Shown here in pieces: positions 47,089-55,494 of a DNA stretch of 55,494 nt (within the stretch, counting starts at the first letter, position 1; each line of letters opens with the position of its first letter). The notes under the pieces were generated by a model. It did no database searches. It saw only the letters and a program-made list of their open reading frames with translations, and had not been told where the DNA came from. The translations under genes and the position numbers were made by a program. This DNA is from an uncultured Spirochaetaceae bacterium. GTDB taxonomy: Bacteria; Spirochaetota; Spirochaetia; Treponematales; Treponemataceae. Where the stretch lies: contig CACZQF010000187.1 of assembly GCA_902783245.1 (NCBI GenBank), positions 1-55,494 of the forward strand, in the 5' to 3' direction.

Positions 47089-48230
47089 AAAAATCTATAT
47101 ACGTATTGGCATTATTACTTTCTCTTATTGCTGCAATTCCCTGCTTTGCGCAGGGAATTGACCGCCCTGATCCCGAAGACTATGACTGGCGCATGATGCT
47201 TCTTGCTCAGCGTGCTTATGAACGTTCGGAATACGGCGATGCGCTTGCCTATGCACAAAAGGCAAAAGACATCCGCCGCAGAGTGAACGAATGGGAATTG
47301 AATACGCTGCAGACGGCGCTTACGCCTGCGGAAGTCCGGCGGGAAGGGAATGCAGTGCTTGACGTACTGCCTGTTCTCCGTGAGCGTGAGACTTTGGAGG
47401 CTGTTAAGATTATTGAAGAGCTTATTGCAAAAAAGTCTTATGAGTTCTTTCACGGCTCTATAAAAAATATAATCGATTACATGAAATCCTCTGATGTTTA
47501 TCCGGAGGCAGATTTCCTGATAGGTAAAATCTATCAGATGGAAGGCGAGTATGAGCTTGCCAAAAAGTTTTATACAGACGCATGGCTTTGCCGGGAATTC
47601 CTAGATGTTCCTGATGTTCGCTATGATATTCTGTATCAGTCGGCCGATCTGGCAAAATTTCAGGGAAATTATGATGAATATGAGAAATTTCTTGTTACTA
47701 TAATTTCTGAGGACAGTTTTTATAAGAATGATTCTCTGAAGCGTTCAATGCTCAGAACTATTGCTTCTAAAGATAATAAAACAAAAATCGGTGCCAATAA
47801 TGTTGAACGTTTTTTTACTATGTATCGTGCATATAACATAAAGTGTATACCTGCATATTTTCAACTTGCAGGCTACTACGCGGAGCGGAACAATAACGAT
47901 AAGGCTTTACTGTCCGTTGCATTGGGATCGCTTACCGTATTTACGCGTATGTATGATATGATAAAAAAAGAAAGCATTGAATATGAATATACAGATTTCA
48001 TTACGTTTCTTGAGAAAGATTTAACAGCACGTCCGGATGTAGCAGACTGGGCGGTGGAGCAGACGTTCTGGGACGGCCTTCTGTTATTTGCAGATATAGC
48101 GGTAAAAAACGGATGCTCAAAATTTGCAAATGAACTGCTGCCGATTATTGGTAAAACAGCACCTCAGACCTATTGGCGAAGCGCTGCGTCCCATAAAATT
48201 GAATTGCTTTCCGGTATTACTCAAAATTAA
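47085..48230 (+). CDS. Exported TPR-like helical protein
   Basis: Signal peptide (PCFA-Q); TPR-like YPEADFLIGKIYQMEGEYELAKKFY. Confidence 0.7.
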   Translation: MKKSIYVLALLLSLIAAIPCFAQGIDRPDPEDYDWRMMLLAQRAYERSEYGDALAYAQKAKDIRRRVNEWELNTLQTALTPAEVRREGNAVLDVLPVLRERETLEAVKIIEELIAKKSYEFFHGSIKNIIDYMKSSDVYPEADFLIGKIYQMEGEYELAKKFYTDAWLCREFLDVPDVRYDILYQSADLAKFQGNYDEYEKFLVTIISEDSFYKNDSLKRSMLRTIASKDNKTKIGANNVERFFTMYRAYNIKCIPAYFQLAGYYAERNNNDKALLSVALGSLTVFTRMYDMIKKESIEYEYTDFITFLEKDLTARPDVADWAVEQTFWDGLLLFADIAVKNGCSKFANELLPIIGKTAPQTYWRSAASHKIELLSGITQN

Positions 48231-49870
48231 TAATGCAGGCCTACGCCGATTTCAATTTCATATTTTGAAACGTTTCTGCGCCAGTCTGTATCGATTTTAC
48301 TTTTAAGCAGATAGCGTCCGAGATCCACTCCAACGCTTCCTCTTACAACAAGGCTGCGCCATTTTTGAGGGAACACAAGCACTTCTAAGCCTCCGGCATA
48401 CCATCCGTCTTTATACCAGAATGTATTGCCGGTTGCCTTGTTTTTTGTAAACGCTATGTCCATAAACGGAGAGAACTGCACTTCACAGTTAAATACGTGC
48501 AGGAACTTAAGATACTTTGTGTTATCAAAATCAAAGGTGAAAATATGGATAGGCATATCCATATTAATAACAATGGCCATTTCGGTTGATAATGCCTTTG
48601 TATCACCGAGACCATAATCAGAATCAAATTTCTGGTCATCACGAATACCACGCAGTCTTGAGCCGATATTCTCCGTGTCATGCTGATTGGCAAATGCATA
48701 GGCATCCATATTCATGCCAAGGTTCTTAAATGCAATAAAGATTTTCGCTTCACCGTCAATATGAGGCATAATCTGATCAGTGTCAGTATTGTATCCCATT
48801 GACTGTCCGAATGAAAAAGACATACCGTTGCGGAAATTACGTTTCCAGTTATCAGTCCAGTCAACACGACCTGTGGAAAGTGTATGTCCTACGGTATTTA
48901 CTGGACCGGTCTTTAAGTCAGGGTTATTTGAGCTGATGCCGTTCCTATCCCATGTGTATTTTGTTGAAACATATGGAGTATATGTAACATATCCCCAATT
49001 GTCGATATACTGCAGCTTGATCGGGATGGAGAACTTTGCCAGTTCTGTAAAATACACATCATCATCATATTTTTTGTAATCAAAGTTGTGAATAGATTCC
49101 TGCTGAAATAACCATACCAAAGAGTACGTGTCGAAGGGCAGAGAAAATTCAAGACCAGTGGAGGCGTTCCATTCCGGTGAACTCTTTCCTATTGTGTAGG
49201 ATATTGACCAGCTGTTGATCCAGTCGATCTCAAAAGGACCTGCGCCGAACGGAATGTCAAATGCCATGGATAAACCGAGTTTATAGTCTTTTCCGCTGCT
49301 GTTGTCATCATCGTCTTTATCTTCAATGGCAAAAGATACATCGCTTGACATGGTGTGCAAAGAGCCAAGGAAATTTGTATCCTTAAGCTTTATCTTCATG
49401 TTCAGGCCGCTGTTTGAGTTATATTTCGGATAGGGAACTCCAAGAAAGTGATGCGTGTCTGTAGTGCTTACATACAATGTGACCTTACCGATACCGTCTG
49501 ATTCAGGAGCGGTGACCGTAAAATCTACGGAAGAGCTGGCAAAATTACGCTGGTTCAAGAACTGCTGCCGAAGATCGGCGACATAGCCCATGAGCTCTGC
49601 TTCTGATTCAAAGATACGGCGCTTGTCAATTTTTATATCAAGAGCTACGGCGTATTTTCTTGTTATACCGGTAATATTATACTCAACATCCGTTATCTGA
49701 TAACGTCCTGGCGCCTGCGTTGATTCATCCTGCTTATTGTCAGTTTCGGCTGCAATATTGTTATCGTTATATTCTACAGCAGGCTGTTCTGGCAGCTGCG
49801 CTTCTTGTGCTCCTGCAAAAGAAAGTCCCAGAACAAAAAAAAGTATATATGCAGTAGTGGTGATTTTCAA
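48227..49870 (-). CDS. Omp85/BamA-superfamily outer-membrane beta-barrel with one POTRA-like domain
   Basis: Restarted at TTG 49870; signal peptide (AGA-Q); POTRA-like ITDVEYNITGITRKYAV...VTLYVSTTD; KDTNFLG; LRGI loop motif; C-terminal beta-signal YEIEIGVGLHY. Confidence 0.65.
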   Translation of the reverse strand: MKITTTAYILFFVLGLSFAGAQEAQLPEQPAVEYNDNNIAAETDNKQDESTQAPGRYQITDVEYNITGITRKYAVALDIKIDKRRIFESEAELMGYVADLRQQFLNQRNFASSSVDFTVTAPESDGIGKVTLYVSTTDTHHFLGVPYPKYNSNSGLNMKIKLKDTNFLGSLHTMSSDVSFAIEDKDDDDNSSGKDYKLGLSMAFDIPFGAGPFEIDWINSWSISYTIGKSSPEWNASTGLEFSLPFDTYSLVWLFQQESIHNFDYKKYDDDVYFTELAKFSIPIKLQYIDNWGYVTYTPYVSTKYTWDRNGISSNNPDLKTGPVNTVGHTLSTGRVDWTDNWKRNFRNGMSFSFGQSMGYNTDTDQIMPHIDGEAKIFIAFKNLGMNMDAYAFANQHDTENIGSRLRGIRDDQKFDSDYGLGDTKALSTEMAIVINMDMPIHIFTFDFDNTKYLKFLHVFNCEVQFSPFMDIAFTKNKATGNTFWYKDGWYAGGLEVLVFPQKWRSLVVRGSVGVDLGRYLLKSKIDTDWRRNVSKYEIEIGVGLHY

Positions 49871-49872
49871 TT

Positions 49873-51303
49873 TTAATATGCCCCTTTGCCTTTTACAACT
49901 ACCCAGGCAGTTTTTATAATAATCCATATATCCAGCCATACAGACCAGTTTTGGATATAATAGGTATCGAGCGTAATCCGCTCTTCATATCCAGTGTCAG
50001 AGCGGCCTGAAACCTGCCACATACCTGACAGCCCCGGCTGAACTGAAAGAATGTAATCTGAAAAATCTCCGTAACGTGCAAGCTCAGGCTCGGTTACCGG
50101 ACGGGGGCCTACAAAGCTCATTTCGCCGGTCAGTATATTAAAAAGCTGCGGAATTTCATCAAGACTTGTTTTCCGCAGAAATTTACCAAGTTTTGTTACA
50201 CGCGGATCATTGGTGAATTTACGGTCTCGTTCCCATTCTTTCCGCATTTCAGGATGTTCTGCCAGAATCTGGTCAAGCATTTGATCTGCGTTGACTACCA
50301 TAGAGCGGAATTTCCAGCATTTTATTTCTTTACGATTTTTTCCCACCCGTTTATGACCATAGAATACGGGGCCTTTAGAAGTGAGCTTAACAAGAATTGC
50401 AATAATCAGTGTAACCGGAAGCACAACCGGCGAAGAAACAAGCAGCAGAAGCAGGTCAATGCCGCGTTTAATCAGCAGGCACCATCCTTTTGTAAGGTCA
50501 TGCGTGGATGAAAATCCCAGAATACCGCCAAGATCACGTACATTCAAATTGATGGAGTTCATTCCAGGTTTTTTAGGAACTATAATCGTATAGCGGTAGC
50601 TGCCTAAAATTGATGTTGTCTCTGCATAATAGTCAATATAATCACAGAGAAACGCTACTTTCATACCGGTTTTTTTTATAAGCTCATTCAGCTCTAAGCT
50701 GGGGGAAAAAACAGGAATCCCCTTGTACTCATCTGCATGTGCAGGCGCGCTGTCTACAATAAGGGCCGGTTTGTAGCCAAGATCTGGTCTGTTGATAAGA
50801 CGGTTGATAACTGTTTCGCCGCTGTTGCCGGTTACATATATGACGGCAGGAACACCCCACCATTTTTGCTTTGCAAAAGAATAACGCGCCAGCTCCCGTG
50901 CAGCGGGCAAAAAAATTATTGCAAACGGTATGGCAAGAATCAATGCGAGTATGATAGGCCAGCGGTCGTTCGTTTCCACCGAAATGGACAACGCAATGCC
51001 GGTAAAGCTGAATATAGAGCAGATGGAAAGATGCCGTACTTCATCTGCAGGGGTCATCATAATTCCCGGATATAATCTGGCAAAATAAAACACAATCAGA
51101 ATAAACGGTATATATATAGAATAGTTGACGAAAGACTTAAAATTTATCAGCGCTCTGTCGACTGCATTAATTAAAAAAAAGCTGCAGCCTATACAGATAA
51201 GAATGGTGAATGCATCGACAATCATTAAAGATATGCCGGAAGTGAAGGAACTGGTCCGTTGGTAATTTTTGTTAAACTGTTTGTAATATTCACTATATGT
51301 CAT
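49873..51303 (-). CDS. wbaP: Undecaprenyl-phosphate hexose-1-phosphate transferase (WbaP/WcaJ family)
   Basis: Multi-TM N-terminus, IKRGIDL, KFRSM, DPRVTKLGKFLRKTSLDEIPQ, GEMSFVGPRP, PGLSGMWQVSGR. Confidence 0.9.
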   Translation of the reverse strand: MTYSEYYKQFNKNYQRTSSFTSGISLMIVDAFTILICIGCSFFLINAVDRALINFKSFVNYSIYIPFILIVFYFARLYPGIMMTPADEVRHLSICSIFSFTGIALSISVETNDRWPIILALILAIPFAIIFLPAARELARYSFAKQKWWGVPAVIYVTGNSGETVINRLINRPDLGYKPALIVDSAPAHADEYKGIPVFSPSLELNELIKKTGMKVAFLCDYIDYYAETTSILGSYRYTIIVPKKPGMNSINLNVRDLGGILGFSSTHDLTKGWCLLIKRGIDLLLLLVSSPVVLPVTLIIAILVKLTSKGPVFYGHKRVGKNRKEIKCWKFRSMVVNADQMLDQILAEHPEMRKEWERDRKFTNDPRVTKLGKFLRKTSLDEIPQLFNILTGEMSFVGPRPVTEPELARYGDFSDYILSVQPGLSGMWQVSGRSDTGYEERITLDTYYIQNWSVWLDIWIIIKTAWVVVKGKGAY

Positions 51304-51396
51304 TGGATAAATTCCTTTTTCTATAATATATCAATAATTAGGGTAGTGTCTAGTAGTTGGAAAAGTGTCAAAAAACGGTATAAAGTCCCTGCGGAC

Positions 51397-52485
51397 TCAG
51401 CTTCTTACGGATGCGGAGGCTGAGCCGGCGGCAGCCGTTTCAAATAGCTGCAGCAGAATTGCGGCTGTTTTCTTAAACGAATAGGTGTCAGGAACAGTTG
51501 CGGGTGAGGGCAGGTTGTATGCTGAAAGCAGTTTAACTTTAAGGTCCTCCGCATTGCCTGTCTCAAAATATGTGACAGGAAAGTTCTGGTACACTTCATG
51601 AAATACCGGAAGATCTGAAAGAATTACGTTCGTACCGCAGGTAAGCGCCTCAAGCGGCGGAAGTCCGAATCCTTCGTAGAATGACGGCAGCACGAACAGT
51701 TTTGCCTGCCAGTATAGTTCAAGCAGCTCCTGATCAGTGATTTTTCCTGTAAAACGTACCGCATCTTCAGGAAGCGCGTTTATCTGCTCGGTAGTCTTTG
51801 TATCGCCGGTACGGAAATTATCTGCATTGCCGACAATAACAAGCTTTGCCGCAGAAAGTCCTTCCGCTCTGGCAGCCATAAATGCTTTGAGCAGTACGCT
51901 CAGTCCTTTATGCTGCTTTATATTGCCTACAAAAAGAATTGTATCTGTTTTTTCTGTGGCCGGCCTGTCTCTCTGGGCGGCTTTCATCCAATCAGGCACG
52001 CTGCTGTAGGCTACTGTCACCGTTTTTTTACAATGAAGATTCGCCAGTATCCGTGACTTTGAAAACTCTGAAACAGTTACCAGCGAGCTTGAAAGATTTA
52101 CTGCCCGCTGGTAGATAATCTTTCGAGCCATGCGGCCTGCAAAAGACGTAAGATTTTTTAAATCAAGGAATACTACATCATGAATAGTGGATATAATAGG
52201 AATAGTAATACCGCCGGGAATATTACAATACGGCGTATAATACACATCACAATTATTGATGGCGGCCAGAATATCCTGCGGAAAATGAAACATTTCCTGC
52301 AATGAAAAAGGTTTTACAGGACAATAGCAGAATTCCACATTTTCCATACGGACATAGGGCATGCACTGCTCATGAGTTCCCAGCAGCAGGCAGGGATATT
52401 TTTTTAGAAAATAGGGAACTAGTTGTGCAATGTATGTACCTATGCCGCTGGAATCAATCATGCGGCAGTCTATCGCCAGCTTCAT
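51397..52485 (-). CDS. Glycosyltransferase family 4 (GT-B)
   Basis: SGIGTY, TIHDV, TVSEFSK, FVGNIKQHKG, PSFYEGFGLPPLEA. Confidence 0.93.
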   Translation of the reverse strand: MKLAIDCRMIDSSGIGTYIAQLVPYFLKKYPCLLLGTHEQCMPYVRMENVEFCYCPVKPFSLQEMFHFPQDILAAINNCDVYYTPYCNIPGGITIPIISTIHDVVFLDLKNLTSFAGRMARKIIYQRAVNLSSSLVTVSEFSKSRILANLHCKKTVTVAYSSVPDWMKAAQRDRPATEKTDTILFVGNIKQHKGLSVLLKAFMAARAEGLSAAKLVIVGNADNFRTGDTKTTEQINALPEDAVRFTGKITDQELLELYWQAKLFVLPSFYEGFGLPPLEALTCGTNVILSDLPVFHEVYQNFPVTYFETGNAEDLKVKLLSAYNLPSPATVPDTYSFKKTAAILLQLFETAAAGSASASVRS

Positions 52486-52491
52486 AAAAAA

Positions 52492-55447
<2,956 letters not shown>

Positions 55448-55494
55448 CTTTATGCTCCTTATAAACTCCGCGTTAGCGGCACGCCAAGGATGGC

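Overview
Core chromosomal segment of a Treponema-like spirochaete, inferred from the gene order and the spirochaete-type proteins. From left to right: ileS (type 2) with a lipoprotein, a upp-like gene and a TPR lipoprotein; a convergent five-gene minus-strand operon (acidic scaffold-like protein, hypothetical, two Maf/DUF115 paralogues, degenerate GGDEF membrane protein) behind a sigma28-like promoter; ftsB-like, tsaC, smpB, lepB, hemW; an OmpR/HAMP-kinase two-component pair; a ~17 kb flagellar operon (flbD-motAB-fliLMY-fliOPQR-flhBAFG-flgV-like-fliA-fapA-hyp-swrB-like); galM; a V/A-type ATPase operon (E, DUF2764, A, B, D, I, K) with ispG and a TPR protein; and, on the minus strand, the distal end of a phosphonoglycan locus (ppd, pntC-AEP transaminase fusion, GT4, wbaP-like, single-POTRA Omp85 barrel). 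I saw no rRNA, tRNA, CRISPR array or transposase. The best leads are the sigma28-driven Maf/scaffold/GGDEF operon, the Omp85 barrel coupled to the phosphonate-glycan genes, the sigma28/sigma70 promoter layout of the fla operon, Na+-type signatures in both stator and V-ATPase, and a small dispersed palindromic repeat family. All family calls come from motif recognition by eye, not from database searches.
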